Assembly: GCA_002359655.1 (NCBI GenBank)
Contig: DENL01000035.1
Coordinates: 13,105 to 77,104 of the forward strand
DNA: 64,000 bases
Direction of reading: 5' to 3'
DNA from: Rickettsiales bacterium UBA2645
GTDB lineage: Bacteria > Pseudomonadota > Alphaproteobacteria > Rickettsiales > UBA1997
The position numbers were made by a program, and so were the translations under genes. Below, piece by piece: positions 29,199 through 39,542 of this stretch. Below the pieces are notes generated by a model. It searched no databases. It worked only from the letters and a program-made list of their open reading frames with translations, and was not told the origin of the DNA. Within the stretch, counting starts at the first letter, position 1; the number at the start of each line of letters is the position of its first letter.

Positions 29199-32060
29199 TT
29201 ATTTTAAAACCTTAGCCAAATATTTTCCTGTCACTGATTTTTTATTTTTTGCTACATCTTCTGGCGTACCTTCAGCGACAATGTAGCCACCTTTTTCGCC
29301 ACCACATGGTCCAATGTCAACGATCCAGTCTGCAGTTTTTAGAACATCAAGATTATGTTCGATAACCAGAATTGAATTTCCTGCTTCAACCAATTTATGT
29401 AAAACTTTTAGAAGCTTGTTAATGTCTTCAAAATGAAGACCAGTTGTCGGCTCGTCTAAAATATAAAGCGTATCACCTGTAGCTTTACGACTTAGTTCTT
29501 TAGCTAATTTAATTCTTTGTGCTTCGCCACCTGAAAGAGTTGTGGCACTTTGACCAATTTTAATATAGCCTAAACCCACATCGCACAAAGCTTTGAACTT
29601 ATCATGAATATGCGGCATACTCATAAAAAAATCAGCCGCATCTTCAGCCGTCATTTCCAAAACGTCAGAAATCGATTTATCTTTATATTTAACTTCCAAA
29701 GTTTCGCGGTTGTAACGCTTGCCATGACAAGTTTCGCATTTCACATAAACATCGGGCAAAAAATGCATTTCGATTTTGATCAAACCATCACCTTGGCAAG
29801 TTTCACAACGGCCACCTTTCACATTAAAAGAAAATCTTCCCACTTTATAGCCGCGAGTTTTTGACTCGGGCAAAGCTGTGTAAAATTCACGAATAAAAGT
29901 AAACGCGCCAACATAAGTACAAGGATTAGAGCGAGGAGTACGGCCAATTGGTGATTGATCAATCTCTATAATTTTATCAATCAAATGCGAGCCAGTAATC
30001 ATCTCGTAAGGCCCCGGAGTAACTTTGGCTTTATTAACAATTTTATCCAAAGCGCGATAGAGTGTTTTGATTACAAGGCTGGACTTGCCGCCGCCAGATA
30101 TTCCCGAAACTGCCGCAAAAATTTTCAGCGGCAAATTTAGCGTAACATTTTTTAAATTATTTGCTGTGGCGTTTTTCAAAGAAATAATTTTTTTTGGATC
30201 AATTTTGCGACGAGTTTTCGGAATGGCGATTTCTTTCTTACCGCTCAAATATTGACCAGTAACACTTTTTGGATCTTTGATGACATCTTTTGGCAAACCT
30301 GCCGAAATAATCTGTCCACCGTGAATTCCAGCACCAGGACCAACATCGATCAAATATTGCGCTTCACGCATCATCTCTTCATCATGTTCAACAACAATCA
30401 CTGAGTTTCCAAGATCACGCAGATTTTTTAGCGTTGTGATTAATTTATCGTTATCAGATTGATGCAGACCAATTGAAGGCTCGTCCAAAACATAAAGCAC
30501 TCCAGAAAGACCCGAACCAATTTGCGATGCCAGACGAATTCTTTGCGCTTCTCCTCCAGATAAAGTTCCTGACTCGCGATTAACAGTTAAATATTCCAAA
30601 CCAACATTACGCAAAAAGCTCAAGCGTCTTTTAATTTCTTTAAGCAAACGCTCAGAAATTTGAAGATGCGTTGAATTTAATTTTGGCTCTAAATCTGCAA
30701 ACCATTTATCAGCACGCTCAATTGACATTCTGCTAACCTCGCCAATGTGCAAACCATCAATTCTGATTGATAAAGCTTGTTCATTCAAACGGTTGCCAGA
30801 ACAAGCTTCGCAGGTTTTTAGTGTTTGGAATTTGCTTAGTTCTTCCCGCATCCATTCACTTTCACTATCAGAAAATTTTTTCTTTAAGTTGTTGATGATT
30901 CCTTCAAATGGCTTCTTGACTTTAAAGGCTTTCAAACCGTCTTCGTGTTTGACTTCAATTTCTTCATCTCCAGTTCCGTAGAAAATTTTTTCTCTGATTT
31001 CGGCCGACAAAGTTTTAAAAGGAACATCTAAGCTGAATTTATATTTTTCCGACAAAGCCTGTAAAATTTGCTGATAAAAACGGGCTTGCGTGCCTTGCCA
31101 AACTGCAACAGCACCTTGACGCAAAGTCAAATTTTCATCCTCGATAACTAAATCTTCACTGAAATAAAATTCAGTTCCAAGACCATCACAAGATTTACAT
31201 GCGCCGTATGGACTATTGAAAGAGAAGAGTCGCGGCTCAATTTCAGAAATTGTAAAGCCCGATTCTGGGCAAGAAAATTTTTCACTAAAAATTATAACTT
31301 CGCCTTCTTTATATTTTGATTTTGTCTTTTCTGGCAAGCCAACAATTTCAACAAAAAGTAGACCACCAGAAATTTTCAAAGCGGTTTCAACTGAGTCAGC
31401 GAGACGATTGCCAAGATCATCAGAAACAACAATACGATCGACGATAACTTCAATATCGTGTTTTTTATTCTTATCTAAAACTGGCAGAATTTCGTTTAGA
31501 TCATGAACTTTGCCATCAACCTTAATACGCTGAAAGCCTTGTTTTCTAACTCCCATCATCTCTTTGCGATATTCACCTTTTTGACCACGAACGATTGGCG
31601 CTAATAGATAAATTTTTGATTTTTTTGGTAATTCTAAAATTTTCTCAACCATCAAAGAAGATGATTGGCTCTCAATTGGTTTGCCAGTTGCTGGCGAATA
31701 AGGCACGCCAATACGAGCAAAGAGCAAACGGAAATGGTCATAGATTTCAGTAACCGTTCCAACTGTGGAACGCGGATTGCGCGAAGTAGTTTTTTGATCA
31801 ATGGCAATTGCTGGAGAAAGTCCAGTGATTGACTCAACATCTGGTTTGTCTTGTAGGTCTAAAAATTGACGCGCATAAGATGAAAGGCTTTCGATAAAGC
31901 GACGCTGACCTTCAGCGTAAATTGTATCAAATACTAAAGAAGATTTTCCCGAACCACTTAAGCCTGTAACAACAACCAACTGATTTTTTGGAATCTTGAT
32001 ACTAACATTTTTTAAATTATGCTCTTTAGCACCAACAACTTTGATGAATTTCTCTTCCAT
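29199..32060 (-). CDS. uvrA: Excinuclease ABC subunit A
   Basis: The 953-aa ORF has two ABC ATPase modules ([18 protein letters not shown]), zinc-finger Cys motifs and LSGGE signatures. Confidence 0.97.
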   Translation of the reverse strand: MEEKFIKVVGAKEHNLKNVSIKIPKNQLVVVTGLSGSGKSSLVFDTIYAEGQRRFIESLSSYARQFLDLQDKPDVESITGLSPAIAIDQKTTSRNPRSTVGTVTEIYDHFRLLFARIGVPYSPATGKPIESQSSSLMVEKILELPKKSKIYLLAPIVRGQKGEYRKEMMGVRKQGFQRIKVDGKVHDLNEILPVLDKNKKHDIEVIVDRIVVSDDLGNRLADSVETALKISGGLLFVEIVGLPEKTKSKYKEGEVIIFSEKFSCPESGFTISEIEPRLFSFNSPYGACKSCDGLGTEFYFSEDLVIEDENLTLRQGAVAVWQGTQARFYQQILQALSEKYKFSLDVPFKTLSAEIREKIFYGTGDEEIEVKHEDGLKAFKVKKPFEGIINNLKKKFSDSESEWMREELSKFQTLKTCEACSGNRLNEQALSIRIDGLHIGEVSRMSIERADKWFADLEPKLNSTHLQISERLLKEIKRRLSFLRNVGLEYLTVNRESGTLSGGEAQRIRLASQIGSGLSGVLYVLDEPSIGLHQSDNDKLITTLKNLRDLGNSVIVVEHDEEMMREAQYLIDVGPGAGIHGGQIISAGLPKDVIKDPKSVTGQYLSGKKEIAIPKTRRKIDPKKIISLKNATANNLKNVTLNLPLKIFAAVSGISGGGKSSLVIKTLYRALDKIVNKAKVTPGPYEMITGSHLIDKIIEIDQSPIGRTPRSNPCTYVGAFTFIREFYTALPESKTRGYKVGRFSFNVKGGRCETCQGDGLIKIEMHFLPDVYVKCETCHGKRYNRETLEVKYKDKSISDVLEMTAEDAADFFMSMPHIHDKFKALCDVGLGYIKIGQSATTLSGGEAQRIKLAKELSRKATGDTLYILDEPTTGLHFEDINKLLKVLHKLVEAGNSILVIEHNLDVLKTADWIVDIGPCGGEKGGYIVAEGTPEDVAKNKKSVTGKYLAKVLK

Positions 32061-32360
32061 ATTGATCGATAATTTAATCTAAAATTTAAACCCGCCGCGA
32101 GAAGTCCCGCGACGGGCCTTGCTTGAAGAAGCTATCACTTGGATAAATTCCTCATCTTTTCCATAAAGAGAAAAGAGCTTTCGCGCTATCTATTTAAGTT
32201 ATTGACATAACTACAGATAACGTAAGCACAACAATTAAAGGTATGAATACCATGTTGGTTACGATATTTAGTAGTTAAAACACTTAGACGAGAAACTTAT
32301 CACAAAACCAGCTTCAAAGCGAAACTGACTAAGCGACAACCTCAAAACTTGATGAGTCGC

Positions 32361-33413
32361 TTACAAACTTCTCATCACCTTATCCCGCACTTTTTTTGTT
32401 TCCAAATCAGTAAGCGGGATAAGTCCTTTTTGCAGCAAATAACCATCTACTCCGATGGTGTCGGAGCTGATTATTTCTTTTACAAATTCGCGCATTCCTA
32501 AAATCAAATCGAGATGTTCTTTTTTAAAATAAATGAAAAGTGGACGAGAAACTTTATAAGTTCCCGAAGCAATGTTTTCAAAGCTTGGCATTACTTTATC
32601 AATTGTAGCAGCTTGGATTAATTCGTGATTTTCTTCTAAAAAACTAAAACCAAAAATTCCTAAAGCTTGTTTGTCGTTACGCAATTTTTGTACGATTAAA
32701 TTATCGTTTTCGCCAGCTTCGATGAATTTTCCATCGCTACGAATTATGTGACATTTTTTTTGTCTAATTTTTTTATCAGGATAGCTTTCAACAAATTCTT
32801 TCATTTCTAAACAAACACTATCCATAACCAACTCTACAAAAGCGTCGCGCGTTCCTGAAGTTGAAGGCGGACCATAAATTGCAATAGTGACTTCAGGCAG
32901 GCTTTTATCAATATCGCTCCACTTTTGGTAGAAATTTTCAACTAACTTTCCGCTTTTTGGATCAGGAACTTTTTCTGACAAAGCTAAAAAGATTTGTTTT
33001 TTGGTTAAATTATATTTTTGGCCAGCAATTGAGTTTGCAAGAACGATGCCATCATAACCGATTTTGATTTCGACAATTTCTTTGACACCATTTTCGCCGC
33101 ATCTTTTGATTTCGCTTTTTTCAATCAAGCGCGAAGCGTTAGAAAAATCGGGATAATTATAACCAACACCCGAACAAAAGAGTTTAAAACCACCGCCTGT
33201 ACCAGTTGATTCAACTATTGGGGTTTTGAACTGAGAGTCTTTTATTTTACTATTACGACCAAATTCTTCAGCGATTGTTGCAGCAAAAGGATAAACCGTT
33301 GAAGATCCAACCATACTGATGTGATTTCTTTTTGTAACTTGAAATTCAAAGGCCAAAACGTCGACTGAGAAAATAAAAAATAATGCAAAAACCAGAGGAA
33401 AAATTCGCAACAT
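32361..33413 (-). CDS. PstS-family phosphate-binding periplasmic protein (PBP-like_2)
   Basis: It has a signal peptide and GSSTVYPFA...TGTGGGFKLFC. No pstCAB genes are adjacent. Confidence 0.75.
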   Translation of the reverse strand: MLRIFPLVFALFFIFSVDVLAFEFQVTKRNHISMVGSSTVYPFAATIAEEFGRNSKIKDSQFKTPIVESTGTGGGFKLFCSGVGYNYPDFSNASRLIEKSEIKRCGENGVKEIVEIKIGYDGIVLANSIAGQKYNLTKKQIFLALSEKVPDPKSGKLVENFYQKWSDIDKSLPEVTIAIYGPPSTSGTRDAFVELVMDSVCLEMKEFVESYPDKKIRQKKCHIIRSDGKFIEAGENDNLIVQKLRNDKQALGIFGFSFLEENHELIQAATIDKVMPSFENIASGTYKVSRPLFIYFKKEHLDLILGMREFVKEIISSDTIGVDGYLLQKGLIPLTDLETKKVRDKVMRSL

Positions 33414-33716
33414 AAAAGCAGGATTTATTGAATATAAAGCTCTTTGAAACTTTAATAAATTAAAAGACTAAAACCCTGTTTGTATCTGAGCCACTTCAAG
33501 CAAGGGCAACTCAAATTATTACATAAACAAACTTAGACTAACCATAATTGAATATGGCAAATTGCCATCAAGATAAGTGCCTAACATCATTTGGTTTTAT
33601 CGCTAAAAGTCAAATTTTTCTTGTATCCGAACTCGCAGCATTTGAAAGTATAAAAATCAGATTCTCTTTTGTCTTTGTAAGTTTCTCCAAAAATTTCACC
33701 CTTGTAATTAAACTTG

Positions 33717-36035
33717 ATGCCAAAAAAAGTTGCGCACCAAATCTATTTTATTGCCTTTCTTGCGCCTTTCTTGCTGCTTAATTTTCCTGCCTTTGCCAAA
33801 AATTTAAATGGCAATTCAACCTTTGTTATCAAAGGAAATGAGCGAGTTGACAATGACACAATCATGTCTTTTTTGCCAACCGCACCGATTAAAAAAAATA
33901 ATAAAGATTTTTCAAAATCAGCAATTGACGAAGCTCTGAAAAAACTTTACGAATCTGATCTTTTTGCCGAAGTAAAAATCAACCAAGAGCAAAATCAGTT
34001 AATTGTTGAGGTAAAAGAAAATCCGCTGATTTCAGAAGTTAAATTTTCTGGCAATAAAAAGGTTGATGATGAAGCGCTAAAGAATGAAATTTCTCTTAAA
34101 AAACGTGGCGTTTTTACCAAGTCAAAACTGCAATCCGATTTAAAAAGAATTAACGAAATCTACCTAAAATCTGGTCGCTTCTTAGCTAAAATTGATCCGA
34201 AAATTATTCAAAAAGAACAGAACCGCGTCGAAATAATTTTTGAAATTTTTGAAGGACAAAAAGCAAAAATTTCTGACATTTACTTCGTTGGTAACATTAA
34301 TTTTTCTGACCAAGATTTACTTGATGAAATCTCAACCAAAAAATCAAAATGGTATAAATTTTTCTCTTCTTCCGATGTTTACGATTCTGATCGTATCGAG
34401 TTTGATAAAGAAAAATTACGCCGCTTTTACGGCTCGAAAGGTTACGCAGATTTTGTCGCTATCTCTTCAATTGCTCAAATCACACCAAGCAAAGATAAAT
34501 TTTTTATCACTTTTTTACTTGAAGAGGGAATTAAATACAAAGTTGGCGAAGTTAATATTATCAACCATATAGCCAAGTTTGATGCTTCAGTTTTAGAAAA
34601 AGAAATTCTGATCAAAAGAGGTAAAACCTATAACTCAGATTTAGTCGACAAAACTGTTGATGCCATGATCAAAATCATGTCAGAAAAATCTTATGCCTTC
34701 GCTCACATTGAACCAATTCTCAAGCGCAACAAAGAACAGCAAATTATCGCCATAGATTTTATCATCGAAGAAACTCCACCAATTTATATCAATCAAATTA
34801 CCATCACCGGAAATACCAGAACACTTGATGAGGTTATCCGAAGAGAATTACGTTTTCGAGATGGCGATGCTTACAACATCACTAAAATCAATCGCTCCAA
34901 ACAAAGATTAGAAAATCTTGGCTTCTTTGAAAAAGTTGAATTCAACACCAAAAGAATTGGCAACAGCGACAAAATTGATTTAGAAATTATCGTAAAAGAA
35001 AAAAAGACTGGTGAGCTGAACCTTGGAATTGGCTATTCTACAGTTAATAAAGTTACTGCTAATATCGGAATTAAAGAGCGCAACTTGATGGGAACTGGAC
35101 AAGAATTAGGCGTTAACGTTCAACACTCTTATAGTGGCCTTACTAGTGAATTGAACTACACCAAACCTTATTTTATGGGTCGCGCCATCGATGCTGGTTT
35201 CGATATTTTTCAATATAATTTATCAAAACGAAATACTTTGGTTTATGATCAAAGAACCAGCGGTATTACTTTTCGCGGCGATTATGCAATTACTGAATTT
35301 TTAAAACATCAAATCCGCTATTCATTTCGCGATGAAAATATCACCAATGTTGATTCTACAGCTTCCGTTAATTTACAAAATTTACAAGGACACTTCACTC
35401 ATTCAGCAGTTGGTCAAACTTTTCTTTACGATAAAAGAAATAATGTAATCAATCCATCTGATGGTTACTATTTGTCTTTAAGTCAGGATTATACAGGCAT
35501 TGGTGGCTATATTCATAACACAAAATACGAAGGTTCAGCTGGATTTTATACACCAACTTTCAACGATGAATATATCCTAAAATTCTTAACTCGCGGCGGC
35601 TATATTGACGGCAACGGGCAAGATGTGCGCAGTAACGACTCATTCTTTTTAGGTGGCAATAACTTTAGAGGATTTCAGTTCGCAGGATTGGGGCCAAGAA
35701 CAACGACCAATGGAAGTGCTAAAGGTGGAAGCGTAATTGGTGGCAAAATTTATTACGTTGGAACCGCAGAATTTAAATTTCCACTAGGTTTGCCAAAAGA
35801 GTTAGGAATAAGCGGTGCCTTATTCAGCGACAATGGAACAGTAAAAGGTGTCGATCAAATCAACAAAAAAGGCACTGCTGTTGCTGATAGTGGATCAATT
35901 AGATCTTCTTATGGCCTAAGCCTGATCTGGTCTTCCCCTCTTGGCCCAATTCGCCTTGACTTCTCGCATGTTGTTAAAAAAGAGCAATATGATTTGACCC
36001 AAAGCTTCCGCTTCAATTTCGGAACTAGTTTTTAG
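33717..36035 (+). CDS. bamA: Outer membrane protein assembly factor BamA
   Basis: It has a signal peptide, repeated POTRA-like segments and a C-terminal beta-barrel ending ...FRFNFGTSF. Confidence 0.95.
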   Translation: MPKKVAHQIYFIAFLAPFLLLNFPAFAKNLNGNSTFVIKGNERVDNDTIMSFLPTAPIKKNNKDFSKSAIDEALKKLYESDLFAEVKINQEQNQLIVEVKENPLISEVKFSGNKKVDDEALKNEISLKKRGVFTKSKLQSDLKRINEIYLKSGRFLAKIDPKIIQKEQNRVEIIFEIFEGQKAKISDIYFVGNINFSDQDLLDEISTKKSKWYKFFSSSDVYDSDRIEFDKEKLRRFYGSKGYADFVAISSIAQITPSKDKFFITFLLEEGIKYKVGEVNIINHIAKFDASVLEKEILIKRGKTYNSDLVDKTVDAMIKIMSEKSYAFAHIEPILKRNKEQQIIAIDFIIEETPPIYINQITITGNTRTLDEVIRRELRFRDGDAYNITKINRSKQRLENLGFFEKVEFNTKRIGNSDKIDLEIIVKEKKTGELNLGIGYSTVNKVTANIGIKERNLMGTGQELGVNVQHSYSGLTSELNYTKPYFMGRAIDAGFDIFQYNLSKRNTLVYDQRTSGITFRGDYAITEFLKHQIRYSFRDENITNVDSTASVNLQNLQGHFTHSAVGQTFLYDKRNNVINPSDGYYLSLSQDYTGIGGYIHNTKYEGSAGFYTPTFNDEYILKFLTRGGYIDGNGQDVRSNDSFFLGGNNFRGFQFAGLGPRTTTNGSAKGGSVIGGKIYYVGTAEFKFPLGLPKELGISGALFSDNGTVKGVDQINKKGTAVADSGSIRSSYGLSLIWSSPLGPIRLDFSHVVKKEQYDLTQSFRFNFGTSF

Positions 36036-36037
36036 CT

Positions 36038-36955
36038 CTAAATTTTGCGTAAAAAATTCATATAAATTGTGGCTCCAATCGCATCAAATTGATCGACTTT
36101 ATACCTTCCTCCACGAGCAATTGGATAGGAAAAATCGCCACAAAAAACATCAAAAGCAATATCACGATGATAAGAAGATTTATCATCACCAAATAAATCA
36201 AAACAAACTTCAACCTCAGGAAAATTTTCTTGTAAAAACTCAGCGATTTTTTGTGCTCTAAAAATCTCAGCAGCAATTTTTTCGGATTTTATTTTTGCTA
36301 AAATTTCTACGGATAAATTTTTTAAATCATGGTTCAAAAGCGCTATCTTAGTGATTATTTCAGAATTTTTGCCAGCAAGATTTTTAATTAAGGAAATATT
36401 TTTTTGCTTTATCGCATCACGCAAATTCTCATTTTTTCCCTCATCAATTTCTGCTAAAAAAATCTCCAAAAAATTAGGCAACGAAAATTCAATTAATAAT
36501 TTTTCGACCTGTAATTTTTTTAAAGTTGCGAGCAAAATTTTAACAACTTTGAAATTAGATTTTTCTTTATCGCAACCGATAATTTCAACTCCTACTTGAG
36601 TTTGTTGGCGATCAGCATAAAGATCGTTGTTTTTTGCCCGCAGCACATCGCCAACATAGCAAAGTTTTAACGGCAATTTTTCTTCTGCTAAACGACTGGC
36701 TAAAAGTCTTGATATTTGTGGCGTTATATCGTTTCTGAAAATCAGATTTTTGCCAGAAATTATGTCCAAACTATGAAAACAATTTTGAGAATTTTTGGTC
36801 AAAAAACTGTCAGCAAATTCTACCAAAGGCATTTTTATCAAGCGATATCCAGCGCTTAAAAAGCTATCCACAGCTTTATTGATATTTTTGTGATTTTTCT
36901 CTGCCTCATCAAAAAGCAAATCATAAAATCCAACGGGAAGAAGTTGTTTTTGCAT
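36038..36955 (-). CDS. HisZ-like protein (class II aminoacyl-tRNA synthetase-like, ATP phosphoribosyltransferase regulatory subunit family)
   Basis: LPVGFYDLL..EA, FRNDITPQISR, LCYVGDVLR, QTQVGVEIIG and ARGGRY match the HisZ/HisRS catalytic-core pattern. There is no anticodon-binding domain. Confidence 0.65.
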   Translation of the reverse strand: MQKQLLPVGFYDLLFDEAEKNHKNINKAVDSFLSAGYRLIKMPLVEFADSFLTKNSQNCFHSLDIISGKNLIFRNDITPQISRLLASRLAEEKLPLKLCYVGDVLRAKNNDLYADRQQTQVGVEIIGCDKEKSNFKVVKILLATLKKLQVEKLLIEFSLPNFLEIFLAEIDEGKNENLRDAIKQKNISLIKNLAGKNSEIITKIALLNHDLKNLSVEILAKIKSEKIAAEIFRAQKIAEFLQENFPEVEVCFDLFGDDKSSYHRDIAFDVFCGDFSYPIARGGRYKVDQFDAIGATIYMNFLRKI

Positions 36956-36957
36956 CG

Positions 36958-37833
36958 TTATTTATCTTTTAAAAATTGTTCAAGCGCCAGCATATCTGCC
37001 CACGCTAATTTCTTTTTTGCTGATTGGCGCATCAAATAAGATGGGTGAAAAATTACAAAAGTTTTGATTTTTCGTGGTAAAAATTTCGGCGCAAAATCCA
37101 TAAATTTTCCGCGTACTGAACTGATCGGATCATTAATTCCAAGGATTGCAGACATTGCAGTTGCGCCAACTAAAACTAAAACTTCTGGATTTAAAAGCTG
37201 AATATGACGCTCAACAAATGGTCGGCAAATTGCCAGCTCTTCATCGGTTGGACGGCGATTTCCTGGTGGTCTCCAAAAAATTACATTGCTGATGTAGAAG
37301 TTTTCAGCCCGTGTCATATTGATGGCGCGAAACATAGCATCTAAAACTTTTCCTGAATCGCCACAAAATGGAATACCTTGCAAATCCTCGTGGTTACCGG
37401 GTGCTTCGCCGATTACCATCACTTTTGAATTAGAATTTCCATCAGAAAAAACTGTGTTGCTGGCCATTTTTTTTAAATTACAGCCGTCAAAATTTTCAAC
37501 CGCCTTGCGTAATTCAGATAGATTTTTTGCGGCTTCGGCAGCTTTTTTTGCCTGCGCTACAATTTCATTTAGTGAAATAAATTGTGCCGAGTTTTGTTCT
37601 TGAGAAGCCATTGAGCTTGCTTTAAGATTGTCTAGAGATTTTTTTGCCAAAGTTGAAATTGCCTCGCTGGTTGAAAATTGTGGCCTGATAAAAGTTTGCA
37701 CTACTAAATTTTTTTTCTCTTCTTTTACCGAGTCTTTTTGCAAAAAATGATTTTGTGATTTTTCTACAATCACCTCATTTAAATCATTGTCGATGTAGAA
37801 TTGTAAAGCTTCTGCAAGATTTTGTTTGGTCAT
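36958..37833 (-). CDS. Family 4 uracil-DNA glycosylase with N-terminal extension
   Basis: It has GEAPGNHEDLQGIPFCGDSGKVL and a C-terminal HPSYLMR motif. Confidence 0.85.
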   Translation of the reverse strand: MTKQNLAEALQFYIDNDLNEVIVEKSQNHFLQKDSVKEEKKNLVVQTFIRPQFSTSEAISTLAKKSLDNLKASSMASQEQNSAQFISLNEIVAQAKKAAEAAKNLSELRKAVENFDGCNLKKMASNTVFSDGNSNSKVMVIGEAPGNHEDLQGIPFCGDSGKVLDAMFRAINMTRAENFYISNVIFWRPPGNRRPTDEELAICRPFVERHIQLLNPEVLVLVGATAMSAILGINDPISSVRGKFMDFAPKFLPRKIKTFVIFHPSYLMRQSAKKKLAWADMLALEQFLKDK

Positions 37834-38282
37834 TGCTTTACCACCTGTTTGATAAATTTTTGGAAATCATCAGCCTTCTCAAAATTTTTATAAACCGAGG
37901 CAAAACGTACAAAAGCAACTTTGTCCAGCTTTTCCAAAGCTGCCATGACTCTTTCGCCAATTTTTGAAGAAGCTATTTCAGTTTCGCTTTCAACTTCTAG
38001 CTGACGCACAATATTATTAACTAATTTTTCTACCTGAACTTCTGAAACTGGTCTTTTTCTAACCGCCATTTCAATTGATTTTTTTAACTTTTCTGGATCA
38101 AAAATTTTTTTCTCACCATTTTTTTTGATCACTAAAATTTCACGAAGTTGTACACGCTCAAATGTTGTAAATCTTGAATCGCAGGCAGCGCAATAACGCC
38201 GTCTTTTCACCGATTCACCATCGTCTGAAATTCGACTGTCTTTCACTTGAGTTTCAATATTTCCACAAAATGGGCAGCGCAT
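37830..38282 (-). CDS. nrdR: Transcriptional repressor NrdR
   Basis: It has the MRCPFCG...CAAC zinc ribbon plus an ATP-cone. There is a 4-nt overlap with the downstream gene. Confidence 0.95.
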   Translation of the reverse strand: MRCPFCGNIETQVKDSRISDDGESVKRRRYCAACDSRFTTFERVQLREILVIKKNGEKKIFDPEKLKKSIEMAVRKRPVSEVQVEKLVNNIVRQLEVESETEIASSKIGERVMAALEKLDKVAFVRFASVYKNFEKADDFQKFIKQVVKQ

Positions 38283-38358
38283 ATTTAAAATTTTTAAGAA
38301 AAATTTTAGTTCTAAATTGTGTTAAATTTTTAAGGGCGGCCTTAAAAATTTAACGAAA

Positions 38359-39457
38359 TTATTTTTTATTTTCTGTAAGGGCTGCTTTGATGAAGCCCTC
38401 GATTTCGCCATCTAAAACGGCTTGGATATTTCCAGTTTCAAAATCGGTACGTAAATCTTTCACAAGTTGGTAAGGATGCAATACATAAGAGCGGATTTGG
38501 TGGCCCCAGCTATTGTCAGTTTTTTGGCTTTCAGATGCGGCCAAAGCGTCTTTCTTTTTTTGCATTTCCCTTTCAAAAAGTCGTGATTTTAGCATCTTCA
38601 TGCATTCAGCACGATTACGGATTTGCGAGCGATCCGACTGACATTGCACCACAATATTGGTTGGCAAATGCGTCATTCTAACAGCAGAGTCAGTTTTGTT
38701 GACATGCTGTCCGCCTGCGCCAGAAGCTCGGAAAGTGTCAATACGTAAATCTTTTTCTTCGATGATAATTTCGATTTCATCATCAACTTCAGGATAAACC
38801 CAAACAGAAGTAAAACTAGTTTGTCTTTTGCCATTAGCATTGAATGGCGAAATGCGCACAAGTCGGTGCACGCCTGATTCGGTCTTCATCCAACCAAAAG
38901 CAAAACGACCAAAAATTTTCAGCGTTGCTGAACGAATTCCGGCCTCTTCGCCATCCATCATGCTAACTATTTCAACTTTGAATTTTTTTAAATTGGCAAA
39001 GCGTTCATACATACGCAGCAACATCAAACCAAAATCACAAGAGTCAGTTCCACCAGCGCCAGCATTGATATCAACGAAGCAGTTATTGATGTCGATTGCA
39101 TCAGAAAATAAACATTCAACCTCAAAACTATCGGAACTTTTTTTCAGTAAAATTAGATTTTTTTCGATGTCTTTTAAAAGTTGTTGATCGGCTTCTAACT
39201 TTGCCAATTCAGCGTATTCTCGATTATCTTTCAAAGAAGTTTGAATTGCCAAAAATGAATTTAATTTTTCTTCTAAAACTGATTTTTCTTTTAAAATTTT
39301 TTGCGCTTCTGACTTATTATTCCAGAGTTCAGGATCTTGAGATTTTATATTTAATTCAGCTAATTTTGTTTGTAATTTTTCTGGCTCAAAGACACCTCTT
39401 AATCAAAGCCAGAGAGGCTTCGATTTCAGTAGTTAGATTTTCAATTTCAGCGGACAT
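38359..39457 (-). CDS. prfB: Peptide chain release factor 2, joined by a programmed +1 frameshift (39457..39389 in frame 0, then 39387..38359)
   Basis: Frame 0 reads MSAEIENLTTEIEASLALIKRCL and then TGA. Shifting +1 at CTT TGA G continues as EPEKLQTKLAEL...LAIQTSLKDN, which runs into the 297-aa ORF carrying the SPF and GGQ motifs. Confidence 0.9.
39385..39400 (-). promoter_or_regulatory. prfB +1 frameshift site with upstream SD-like element
   Basis: The minus strand reads AAGAGGTGT CTT TGA G. An internal Shine-Dalgarno-like AGAGGTG lies 3 nt before the slippery CTT and the in-frame TGA. Confidence 0.85.
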
Positions 39458-39542
39458 TTAAGATAAAATATTGAAGTTTCAAAGAAGGCAAAATATGGTG
39501 CGCGCCACTTTCTCTTCTCGATAAAATTTTTCTACAAAAAAT

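Noticed and set aside
33548-33781. A 77-aa ORF upstream of and overlapping the bamA start, and the ATGGCAA-A-TTGCCAT palindrome at 33554-33568 as a possible sigma54 promoter
   Set aside because: The ORF overlaps the bamA signal-peptide region and is unconvincing. The palindrome has the wrong GG-to-GC spacing for a -24/-12 promoter. It may still be an operator, but there is no supporting evidence.
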